A stretch of 32,404 nt of DNA from the NCBI GenBank assembly GCA_031403895.1, contig JANNGN010000023.1, positions 1 through 32,404 on the forward strand. Direction: 5' to 3'. Below are positions 19,608 through 27,908 of the stretch, one piece after another. Both the position numbers and the translations under genes were made by a program. How positions within the stretch are numbered: the first letter of the stretch is position 1; every line of letters starts with the position of its first letter. The notes beneath the pieces are model-generated. The model did no database searches. It worked only from the letters and a program-made list of their open reading frames with translations, and was not told the origin of the DNA. This stretch comes from Rubrivivax sp. GTDB taxonomy: Bacteria; Pseudomonadota; Gammaproteobacteria; Burkholderiales; Burkholderiaceae_C.

Positions 19608-19677
19608 CTCGTTCTGAAAACCTTCGACCCTGCTCGCACGGTTGCAAGCTCCGCCCAATAGACTGAGAGGATTCGTC

Positions 19678-19965
19678 ATGTCACCTGCCCGCAAGAAGCC
19701 GCGCCTGCGTCGCCAACCGGTGGCGCCGCTGGACACCGCCACGAAGCCACGGCCGCTGGGCGCGGACCTGGCGCTGCCGCACGAAAGGGATGAAGCAGCG
19801 CACGCCACGGCGCCAGCCCCTGACGCAGTGATCGTGCAGGCCAAGCGCGACATCGACGCCGGCTTGGTCGATACCGACATGCGGGCGACTCCGGGCCTGG
19901 ATGCCGAGCGGCGCGCGCGGCTGGTGCCGGGCCCGGGTGGCAAGCCACCGGGAACGGCGCGGTAA
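19678..19965 (+). CDS. Small hypothetical protein
   Basis: GAGGA RBS; MSPARKKP...LPHERDE...QAKRDIDAGLVDTDMRATPGLD. Confidence 0.65.
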   Translation: MSPARKKPRLRRQPVAPLDTATKPRPLGADLALPHERDEAAHATAPAPDAVIVQAKRDIDAGLVDTDMRATPGLDAERRARLVPGPGGKPPGTAR

Positions 19966-20008
19966 CGGCAGCTGCAGGACGGTACGCGCAAGATATTGCT
20001 GACTGGCG

Positions 20009-20027
20009 TGTGCGCTATCGAACAGAC
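20009..20027 (+). promoter_or_regulatory. Putative Crp-family binding site TGTGCG-CTAT-CGAACA-GAC
   Basis: About 55 bp upstream of ATG 20083, the first gene of the PKS operon; a TACAAG -10-like hexamer lies at 20047-20052. Confidence 0.62.
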
Positions 20028-20082
20028 CTTGTGCCGCCGGCCCGGTACAAGCCAATGACCCCTTGCCAGCCAGGAACGCCGC

Positions 20083-20313
20083 ATGCCCAAACACGTGATC
20101 GTCCCCGCACCGGCGCCAGTGCCCGCGACACTTGCTGAACAGAAGGCCGACTTCACGGCAGAGGGCTCGCCGCCGCCGGGAAAGGTATCGACCACGACGC
20201 CGCTGACCCCGGCTGCGGTGGAGAAGACGGCAACGTCGCCCAAGCCTGCGCCCAAGCCTGCGCCCAAACCCGCGCCCAAGCCGCACATCCCCAGCCCCAA
20301 ACGCGCAGGCTGA
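20083..20313 (+). CDS. Small Pro/Lys-rich hypothetical protein
   Basis: AGGA RBS; core LAEQKADFTAEGSPPPGKV; PKPA repeat tail. Confidence 0.5.
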   Translation: MPKHVIVPAPAPVPATLAEQKADFTAEGSPPPGKVSTTTPLTPAAVEKTATSPKPAPKPAPKPAPKPHIPSPKRAG

Positions 20314-20316
20314 TCG

Positions 20317-21375
20317 GTGTATATCACGGGCGTCGGCACCGCAACCCCCGCCGCGCGCTACACCAAGGCCGAGTGCCTGGCAGCTTTCGAGCGCTCGGAC
20401 TGGTTCGCGCTGTTGGACAGCCGCGCCCACTTCATTGCGCGCACCGTGCTGCAGCGTGACAACGGCATCGAAACGCGCCGGCTGGCGGTCGATACCCTCG
20501 ATGAAGTTTTCACGATCGACCCCAACACCTTGGCGCGCCGTTTTCTGCAACACGCGCCAGTGCTGGCGGCGCAGGCCGGATCACGCGCACTGGCTGCTGC
20601 CAACCTGGTCCCGGCGCAGATCGACGCGGTGGTGATCAGCACCTGCACGGGCTATCTCTGCCCGGGGCTGTCGGGCCACGTCATTGAACGCCTGGGCCTG
20701 CGCGCCGACGTGCAGGCCTATGACCTGGTGGGTCAGGGCTGCGGCGCGGCCCTGCCCAACCTGCAGCTCGGCCACGCGCTGCTGGCTTCAGGCCGCTGCG
20801 GTCATGTGCTGTCGGTGTGCGTGGAAGTCAGCAGTGCGGCGATGTACCTCGATAACGACCCCGGCGTGCTCATCAGCGCCTGCCTCTTTGGCGACGGCGC
20901 CGGCGCTGCGGTGCTGTCTGACCGGGCCAACACCAGCGGGCGCCGCATCGAATGGCGGGACAGCGCGTCGGTGACCGAGCCCGGCCATCGCAGCGCCCTG
21001 ATGTTCGAGCAGCGCGACGGCATGCTGCGCAACATCCTCACGCGCGCCGTACCTGGCCTGGCGGCCGAGCACGCGCAGCGCGTGCTCGAGACCGTGCTCG
21101 GCCGCGCCGGCCTGAACCCGGGCGACATCGGCGTGTGGCTGATGCACGCCGGTGGCCGCGACGTGTTGCAGGCGCTGGAAAACCGCCTGGAGCTGCAGCC
21201 TGCGGACCTGCGCTACAGCGCCGCCATGCTGCGCGAATACGGCAACCTGTCGAGCGCATTCGTCTATTTCGTCTTGCAAGCCGCGCTGGCCGACGGGGCT
21301 GCAAGCGGCTGGTGGTGGCTGTCATCCTTTGGCGCCGGCTTCAGTTGCCACGGCGCGCTGCTGGAGGTCGGATGA
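20317..21375 (+). CDS. Type III polyketide synthase (chalcone/stilbene synthase family)
   Basis: STCTGYLCPGL; catalytic Cys (GQGCGAA), His (MHAGG) and Asn (YGNLSS); LFGDGAGA; SFGAGF. Confidence 0.93.
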   Translation: MYITGVGTATPAARYTKAECLAAFERSDWFALLDSRAHFIARTVLQRDNGIETRRLAVDTLDEVFTIDPNTLARRFLQHAPVLAAQAGSRALAAANLVPAQIDAVVISTCTGYLCPGLSGHVIERLGLRADVQAYDLVGQGCGAALPNLQLGHALLASGRCGHVLSVCVEVSSAAMYLDNDPGVLISACLFGDGAGAAVLSDRANTSGRRIEWRDSASVTEPGHRSALMFEQRDGMLRNILTRAVPGLAAEHAQRVLETVLGRAGLNPGDIGVWLMHAGGRDVLQALENRLELQPADLRYSAAMLREYGNLSSAFVYFVLQAALADGAASGWWWLSSFGAGFSCHGALLEVG

Positions 21376-21421
21376 GCGCGTTGCCGCTGCAGCGCCAGAT
21401 CGTCAACGCCGGCACGTCCCG

Positions 21422-22177
21422 ATGACGCTGCCCCGGGTCGTGGCCCCCGAGACGCTGGACCACCTGTCGCCCGCCGACCCGGCAGCGCGCCGCTCGCGGC
21501 GCGACTTGAGGCGCATCCACCGCGTCATGGCCACGCGTGGCGTGACGGCGCGCGGCTGGCAGGGCCTGGTGTCGGCTGGGCGTGCCACGGCGCCGCTGCG
21601 GGTGCTGGAAATCGGTGCCGGCGACGGCACCTTGCTGTTGGGCGTGGCGCGCCATCTGGCACCCGCCTGGCCGCGCGTGCAGCTGAGCCTGCTGGACCGC
21701 CAGCCCGTCGTCAGCCCAGCCACGCTCGCGGCCTACGCCAGCCTGGGCTGGGCCGCCACGGTGCAAGTCGCCGACGTGCTGGACTGGGCGGCGCCAGCAC
21801 GCGGCTTGACACCCCTGAGACCCGCCACCACCGCGCACGACGATCCACCCTGGGACCTGATCACGACCAGTCTCTTTCTGCACCACTTTGAAGGTGCCCA
21901 GCTTGACGCCGTGCTGGCGGCCGTGGCCGCACGCGGCTTGCGCTTCTTTGCCTGCGAGCCACGGCGCAGCTGGCTGGCGCTGGCGGGCAGCCACATGGTG
22001 GGCGCACTGGGTGCGAACGCCGTGACCCGGGCCGATGCCGTGTTGAGCGTACACGCCGGGTTCAACGCGCAGGACATCGGCGCGCGGTGGCCCGGTCAAG
22101 GCGCATGGCAGTGCGAGGAGTACGCGGCTGGACTCTTCAGCCACTGCTTCAGCGCGCGGCGCACAGGGCAGCTGTGA
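21422..22177 (+). CDS. SAM-dependent methyltransferase-domain protein
   Basis: PETLDHL...SRRDLRRI; motif I VLEIGAGDG; SLFLHHF; VTRADAVLSVHAGF. Confidence 0.85.
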   Translation: MTLPRVVAPETLDHLSPADPAARRSRRDLRRIHRVMATRGVTARGWQGLVSAGRATAPLRVLEIGAGDGTLLLGVARHLAPAWPRVQLSLLDRQPVVSPATLAAYASLGWAATVQVADVLDWAAPARGLTPLRPATTAHDDPPWDLITTSLFLHHFEGAQLDAVLAAVAARGLRFFACEPRRSWLALAGSHMVGALGANAVTRADAVLSVHAGFNAQDIGARWPGQGAWQCEEYAAGLFSHCFSARRTGQL

Positions 22178-23586
22178 TGGGCAGCAGAAGACACGGTCAG
22201 GTACACGGTCCGGTGCATGACCAGGTGCGCGATCAGTTGCGCGATCAGGCGCGCGATCAGGCGCCCGGGCCCGCACGCAGACTCGAGTCCCCTGCTTCCA
22301 GCCAGCGCTTCGACGCCATCATCGTCGGCGCCGGCCCGGCCGGTTCAACGGCGGCGATTCTGCTGGCACGCGCGGGCTGGTCGGTGGCGCTGGTCGAGCG
22401 GCAGAACTTCCCACGCCGCAAGGTCTGCGGCGAGTGCATCGCCGCCAGCAACCTGCCGCTGCTGGCGGCACTGGGTGTGGCGGATGCTTTCGACGCGCAG
22501 GCCGGCGCTGAGCTGCGCCGGGTCACGCTGCTGCACGGCGGCAGCGCGGTCACAGCCGCGTTGCCTGCCGCTGCGCATGAGCGTTATGCATGGGGCCGCG
22601 CGCTGGGGCGCGAAAGGCTCGACACGCTGCTGCTGGAGCAAGCCCGCGCGGCCGGCGCCTGCGTGCTGCAGCCGTGGTCGGTGCAGGCCATCCAGGGCGG
22701 GCCCGGGGCCTGGCACTGCGAGTTGCGGGCGCAGGAATCGGCCGCGTTGCAGCGCCTGCGCGCGCCGCTGCTCATCGACGCCCATGGCGCCTGGGAGGCA
22801 CTGCCTTCGCGCCGCAGCCGGGGGCATCTGCAACGCAGCGCCGGCGACCTGTTCGCCTTCAAAGCCAACTTCAGCGGCGCAGCGCACGCCAGCGACAGCA
22901 TCAGCGTGCTGGCGCTGGACGGCGGTTATGGCGGCATGGTGGTGACGGGTGGTGGCGGGGGTGGTGCAAGCAACCTCACCCTCGCCTGCTGCATTCGCCG
23001 CGACCGCCTGAGCGCGCTGCGCAGCGCCGCGCCGGGGCAACGCGCTGGCGACGCGGTGCAGGCCTGGTTGCTGCGCGAGTGTGGCGGTGTCAGCCAGGCG
23101 CTCTCGGGCGCCACGCGTGAGGGCCAGTGGCTGGCGGCCGGGCCCATCGACCCCGGCGTGCGCATCGGGCGCAGCGACGAGATGTTCTGCATCGGCAACG
23201 CCGCTGGCGAAGCGCACCCGATCCTGGGTGAAGGCATCAGCATGGCACTGCAATCGGCGGCGCTGCTGTGCCGCCATCTGCTGGCGGACGCGGCGTTCGT
23301 GGGTGTGCCCACCGCTGCCGCCCAGGCCGTGCTTCAGCAACGTTATGCCGCCGACTGGCAGCGCGAATTTTCACCCCGGCTGCGGTTGGCCGCCGCCTTT
23401 GCCCATGCCGCCATGCACCGCCGCAGCGCGACGCTGCTGACGGCCCTGCTGCGCCGCTGGCCCGGCCTGCTGACGCGCGGCGCGCGCTGGGGCGGCAAGG
23501 TGCGCGCGCCCGCCGCAGCCGCGCCCGTGCCTGCACACAGGGCTGCGCCGCAGCTATCCCCCGTCGTCGCACCTCCCACCCCCTGA
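22177..23586 (+). CDS. FAD-dependent oxidoreductase (geranylgeranyl reductase / aromatic monooxygenase-like)
   Basis: IVGAGPAG, FPRRKVCGECI, LDTLLL, IGNAAGEAHPILGEGISMA; ATG overlaps the methyltransferase stop. Confidence 0.88.
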   Translation: MGSRRHGQVHGPVHDQVRDQLRDQARDQAPGPARRLESPASSQRFDAIIVGAGPAGSTAAILLARAGWSVALVERQNFPRRKVCGECIAASNLPLLAALGVADAFDAQAGAELRRVTLLHGGSAVTAALPAAAHERYAWGRALGRERLDTLLLEQARAAGACVLQPWSVQAIQGGPGAWHCELRAQESAALQRLRAPLLIDAHGAWEALPSRRSRGHLQRSAGDLFAFKANFSGAAHASDSISVLALDGGYGGMVVTGGGGGGASNLTLACCIRRDRLSALRSAAPGQRAGDAVQAWLLRECGGVSQALSGATREGQWLAAGPIDPGVRIGRSDEMFCIGNAAGEAHPILGEGISMALQSAALLCRHLLADAAFVGVPTAAAQAVLQQRYAADWQREFSPRLRLAAAFAHAAMHRRSATLLTALLRRWPGLLTRGARWGGKVRAPAAAAPVPAHRAAPQLSPVVAPPTP

Positions 23587-23610
23587 ATGCTGCCCCGGCA
23601 GACAAGCTCC

Positions 23611-23934
23611 ATGAACACCACCTTCAACAGCCTGCGCACGATCCTCGTCAAGAACTTCAACCTGCCGCCCGAGCGGCTGACGCCGGACGCGACGCTGGCC
23701 GGGCTGGACATCGATTCGCTGGGCACGGTGGAATTGTTGTGGCAGGTGGAAGAGGTGTTCAAGATCAGCCTGCCGTCGCAGCCGGTGGAACTTCTGACGC
23801 TGGCTGATGTGGTGTGCTTCATCGACGATCTGGTCGCACAAAGCAGCGCCAAAGCCGCCGCCAAAGCCGCTGCCTCCAGCACAACCCAGCCCTCGCACCG
23901 GTCGCCCATGGCCAGCGTGGCACGGCAGCCATGA
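23611..23934 (+). CDS. Acyl carrier protein
   Basis: LAGLDIDSLGTVELL phosphopantetheine-Ser motif; EEVFKI; TLADVV. Confidence 0.88.
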   Translation: MNTTFNSLRTILVKNFNLPPERLTPDATLAGLDIDSLGTVELLWQVEEVFKISLPSQPVELLTLADVVCFIDDLVAQSSAKAAAKAAASSTTQPSHRSPMASVARQP

Positions 23935-25163
23935 GGCGCGTCGCCGTCACCGGCATGGGCGTCGTCTCGCCACTGGGCAACAGCGCGGCCGAGGCCTTTG
24001 CAAGCGCCCGCGCCGGGCGCTCCGGCATCCGCGTGCTCGACTTCCCTTTTGCAACGCGGCTCAGCACGCCGCTTGCCGCGACTGTGCAGCTGGATGAGGC
24101 GGCCCACTTCAACAGCACGCAGGTGCGCATGCTGGACCGCTTCAGCCTCTTTGCGCTCTTCGCCGCCAACCAGGCGGTGGCCGATTCAGAGCGCGCACTG
24201 GCCGGCGCAGACCGCAACCGCGTTGGCGTCTTTGTCGGCTCCGGCATGGGCGGCACGACGACCATGGACGAAGGCTACAAGACGCTGTATGGCGACGACT
24301 CCGACCGCATCAAACCCTTCACCATCCTGATGGGCATGCACAACGCGGCGGCGGCCTGGATCGGCATCGAACACGGCCTGCGCGGACCCAACATGACGTA
24401 CTCGACGGCCTGCTCGTCGTCAGCGGTGGCCATCGGTGAGGCTTGGCTGCGCGTCGCCAGCGGGCAGCTCGAAGTGGCGCTCGCGGGCGGCGCCGAGGCC
24501 CCGCTGTCGCCGGGCTCGCTGAAGGCCTGGTGCGCGCTGCACACGGTGGCCCTGCTGGACACCGAAGAGCCATCCGCGTCCTGCCGGCCGTTTTCGAAGA
24601 ACCGCAGCGGCATGGTGCTCGGCGAAGGTGCCGCCATGCTGGTGCTGGAGCCGTGGGAGCGTGCGCGTTCGCGCGGCGCCCACATCCTGGGCGAAGTGCT
24701 TGGTTACGGCTTGACCAACGACGCCAGCCACATCACGCGGCCCAGTGTCGATGGCCAGGCTGCGGCCATGCGCGCCGCGATGCACTCGGCCGAAATCGGC
24801 GTGCATGAGGTGCAGGCGATCAACGCCCACGGCACCGGCACGCTGGCCAACGACAGCACCGAAACGATAGCCATCAAGGCCGTCTTCGGTGAGCGCGCGG
24901 CCGAGATTCCGATCAGCGCCACCAAGGCCGTACACGGCCACCTGCTGGGTGCTGCCGGGGCGCTGGAGTGTGTGCTGGCGCTGCAGGCCATGCGCCATGC
25001 GGTGGCGCTGCCGACCATGCATCTGCAGCAATCCGACCCGGCGTGCGATCTCGACTACGTGCCCAACGCCGCGCGTGAAGGTGTGGCCGCGCGCACGATG
25101 CTGTCGAATTCGTTCGCTTTTGGTGGCACAAACGCGGTGCTGGTGCTGGGCGCGGGGATTTGA
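23931..25163 (+). CDS. Beta-ketoacyl-ACP synthase (FabF/KAS II-like)
   Basis: RRVAVTGMGVVSPLG; catalytic Cys-His-His (TACSSS, NAHGTGT, GHLLGA); GEGAA; SNSFAFGGTN. Confidence 0.92.
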   Translation: MRRVAVTGMGVVSPLGNSAAEAFASARAGRSGIRVLDFPFATRLSTPLAATVQLDEAAHFNSTQVRMLDRFSLFALFAANQAVADSERALAGADRNRVGVFVGSGMGGTTTMDEGYKTLYGDDSDRIKPFTILMGMHNAAAAWIGIEHGLRGPNMTYSTACSSSAVAIGEAWLRVASGQLEVALAGGAEAPLSPGSLKAWCALHTVALLDTEEPSASCRPFSKNRSGMVLGEGAAMLVLEPWERARSRGAHILGEVLGYGLTNDASHITRPSVDGQAAAMRAAMHSAEIGVHEVQAINAHGTGTLANDSTETIAIKAVFGERAAEIPISATKAVHGHLLGAAGALECVLALQAMRHAVALPTMHLQQSDPACDLDYVPNAAREGVAARTMLSNSFAFGGTNAVLVLGAGI

Positions 25164-25212
25164 CGCAAGCGCAGAGCGGCGGCTCTACCCAGGTGCTGCG
25201 CGGGTGCTGCCC

Positions 25213-25515
25213 TTACTGCGAGATGTGAATCACATCCCGCACCACCGGGTAGATCTGGCTCTGCCAGCGCTTGGCGCTGAACACGCCGCAGTGGCCGACA
25301 CTCGGCTGCACGTGGTGCGTGCGCAGATACGGCCGCAGGCTGCTCGCCAGGTCTTGCGCGGACAGCGTCTGGCCGACTGCGCAGATGTCATCGCGCTGGC
25401 CTTCGATGGTGATGAGCGTGGTGCGCCGGATGGCCTGCGGGTTGACCAGGCGGCCCTTGAAGCTCAGCTCGCTCTTGGGCAGCGCATACCGCTGGAACAT
25501 CAGGTCCACCGTCTG
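25213..25515 (-). pseudogene. phaZ: C-terminal remnant of an intracellular polyhydroxyalkanoate depolymerase
   Basis: TVDLMFQRYALP...TIEGQRDDICAVGQT..AQDL...VGHCGVFSAKRWQSQIYPVVR matches the PhaZ C-terminal domain (the family normally has GHYGVF); only about 100 codons are present. Confidence 0.8.
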
Positions 25516-25560
25516 ATCCGCAGCATGCACAAGGCGTTCCAGCCGTTGGCCGCGAAAAGC

Positions 25561-27306
25561 TCAGCTATGCGGCGTGAACCAGACGCCGAAGAAGGCCTTC
25601 GTCTTGGTCCAGCCTGAGACGCGTTCGTCGGACACCACGTCCAGAAAGTCCGACAGCTTTTTGGACTTCACCATCGTGACCATCGTCAGCGCGATGGTGG
25701 GCACGAAGACGGCAATGAAAATCAGCAACTTCTGCCACAGGGGTGCGTCAGCCTCGGCCAGCAGGTTCATGCCCAGGAAGCCGGTGGTCACGGTGCCGAT
25801 GAGGCCGAAGATGGTGACCACCGTCAACCGCACCACGGTGTTGGCCTGGCGGCGCAGGGAATCGGCGTCGAGGTAGCTGTTCATGTCGCGGATGCGCTCT
25901 TTGACCTCGTCGTACACGGCGTCGATCTGCAGGTGGCGCTTGCACAGGTGGAAGAGCGCCTTCACGTGCGCCTGTTCTGACACTTCGTGTAACCAGTAGC
26001 GGTGCGTGAAACCGAGGAAGCCGACGTAGCTCATGCGGATCAGGCGCTTGAAGCGCTTCACGCTTTCGGGCTGCGTCACGTCCATCGCCGTCAGCGCTTC
26101 GGCAAGCTGGTCCGAATACATCAGCAGCGTGGCCTTCTGGAAATGCGCGATCAGGAAAAGCAGGAAGTGCTGATGTCTGAACTGCGCCAGCACGCCGCGG
26201 TCGCCGCAGCGGTAGAACTCGCTTTGCGCGTCGCCCACCGCAATGAATGCCAGGCCCGAACACAGGTAGCGCGTGTTGGGCGCCGCGCCAGCGCCCGACC
26301 AGAAGCGGTCGTAGCAGAAGTGCTGCTCGAAGTCGGCCAGGTGATGTTCACCATAAGGCAGCGCCGCTTCACTGCCAGACACCGTGTCGCCACCGCCGGT
26401 GACGAGGCCCAAGCGGATGAAGTCGCTGCGCGTCAGGTGGCGCGGCTCGTCCACTGCCAGGTAGGCCATCATCGGCATGCGGTAGTACTCGATCTGGCGG
26501 TAGCGCAAGGCGCCCGGCGTGGCGGAGTGGTGATTGACCAGCGGCGCCAGCACAAAGTCCCAATGCGCCGAAATGCGCGGCGCACGGTGCTCGGCCACGT
26601 GGGCCAGGAAGGACTCGCGTTCCTGTGCGTCGCTGCGCGCCAGCACGCTGCCGTCAGTGGCCAGCCATTCCACACCCGCCAGGCAATGCACCGCCTGGCC
26701 TTGTGCGTCCCAGCCTGCCGGGTAGGCGCGGCCAAAGCGATACATCAACTCCTGCGCTTGCGCCAGCGGCAGGTCGTCGGCAGCGACTTCCACGTTCAAC
26801 AGCACGATGTCCACGCCGTAGAAGAAATACAGATCGACGTGTACCACCTGCAGCGTGAGCGGCGCATCACCGGGCCGCGGCACCACGCGCACGGCCGCGA
26901 TGTCGCGGCGGCGGAAGACGCGCATCGGCGAGCCGATGCTGCCGTTTTCGCTGCCGCTGCTGCTGCCGTTACCGCTACCGCTGCCGCTGCGGCCTTCGCC
27001 GTACAGGAAGCGCTGCACGTAAGGCAGGAAGGTGACGAATTCGTTGTAGTGGCGTTCGTGGAAGCCGCCAGCGCCCCCGTTGTATTCGTCGAAATGTTCG
27101 TGCCAGGGTGAGGCTTCGCCGAGCGCGCGCAGCAATTGCCAGGGCGCGCGGCGGGATTCGGAATCGTCGGCCACGCCGTCGGAAATCAGCCGCAGCGGCC
27201 ACAGCAGCACCTGGCGCAGGTGGCGCACAGTGATGGCCTGTGCAAGCACAGTGCCTGCGTCAGCGGAAGTGCCAGGGCCGGTGTCAGGCTGGGTGGAATG
27301 CAGCAT
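25561..27306 (-). CDS. Long CorA-like membrane protein
   Basis: C-terminal two-TM module RLTVVTIFGLIGTVTTGFLGMNL...IFIAVFVPTIALTMVTM with the GMN motif; large soluble N-terminal region; start at MLHSTQP assumed. Confidence 0.8.
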   Translation of the reverse strand: MLHSTQPDTGPGTSADAGTVLAQAITVRHLRQVLLWPLRLISDGVADDSESRRAPWQLLRALGEASPWHEHFDEYNGGAGGFHERHYNEFVTFLPYVQRFLYGEGRSGSGSGNGSSSGSENGSIGSPMRVFRRRDIAAVRVVPRPGDAPLTLQVVHVDLYFFYGVDIVLLNVEVAADDLPLAQAQELMYRFGRAYPAGWDAQGQAVHCLAGVEWLATDGSVLARSDAQERESFLAHVAEHRAPRISAHWDFVLAPLVNHHSATPGALRYRQIEYYRMPMMAYLAVDEPRHLTRSDFIRLGLVTGGGDTVSGSEAALPYGEHHLADFEQHFCYDRFWSGAGAAPNTRYLCSGLAFIAVGDAQSEFYRCGDRGVLAQFRHQHFLLFLIAHFQKATLLMYSDQLAEALTAMDVTQPESVKRFKRLIRMSYVGFLGFTHRYWLHEVSEQAHVKALFHLCKRHLQIDAVYDEVKERIRDMNSYLDADSLRRQANTVVRLTVVTIFGLIGTVTTGFLGMNLLAEADAPLWQKLLIFIAVFVPTIALTMVTMVKSKKLSDFLDVVSDERVSGWTKTKAFFGVWFTPHS

Positions 27307-27769
27307 CGTGGCAGTGTAGGGGCTGCCCCTCAGCCGCTGGGCCGCAGGGCAGCGGCAAAGCAACTGCCGGGGAGCCGAATGCAGCGTGCCCGATCAGTTG
27401 TGCTGCGTGCTGAGTGTCACCGTCGCCGGCTGGCCCCTGCGGGACGATTCCCTCGCTACAGGGCCCGGCAGAGGCTGGGCAAACTTGGCTTCGCATCGGG
27501 TGAATACCCCATAGTCATTTGCGGGCCAGCAAGAACACTGCTGTCACGCCGCCCGTTGGGGTGACGAAGGATCGGGAGACAGCCGCGATGCCAAGCTCAG
27601 CGCCAGCGTTCGAACCCGCGTCATTCTCGACGGCAGACGCCGAAGTGCAGGCCGCGCACAGCCTGCCCGAAGAGGCGGCTGAACTCGGCCTGAACCTTGG
27701 CCTGGTCTCGCAAGGCCCGGTCGGTGCGCACGGCGGCCGCATCCAGGCTGCCACCGCGCGCTGCGCGTG

Positions 27770-27908
27770 TTTCAAGGGCGCCAAGCGCTGGCTCGCCGCG
27801 ACGCGCGATTCACTGTGCTGGCCGTACGCGCTGGCCATTGCGGGCGACACGGCGGTGGTGATGGACTCGGGCAACAACCGGGTGCTGTGGTGGGACGTGG
27901 TGCGATGA
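27770..27908 (+). pseudogene. C-terminal remnant of an NHL-repeat protein of hydrogenase clusters
   Basis: RWLAATRDSLCWPYALAIAGDTAVVMDSGNNRVLWW is a single NHL blade; its stop overlaps the hypF ATG. Confidence 0.7.

Noticed and set aside
20083-21375. Stop-codon readthrough fusing the small ORF to the in-frame PKS
   Set aside because: The PKS fold begins at the GTG at 20317 and is complete without the upstream peptide; being in frame has a one-in-three chance.
22177-23586. FAD enzyme as a flavin-dependent halogenase
   Set aside because: The WxWxIP motif is absent; the apparently corresponding region reads GGYGGMV.
25561-27306. CorA-like gene as a type III CRISPR effector
   Set aside because: No cas, NrN or SAM-lyase genes were recognised in the window; kept only as an alternative hypothesis.
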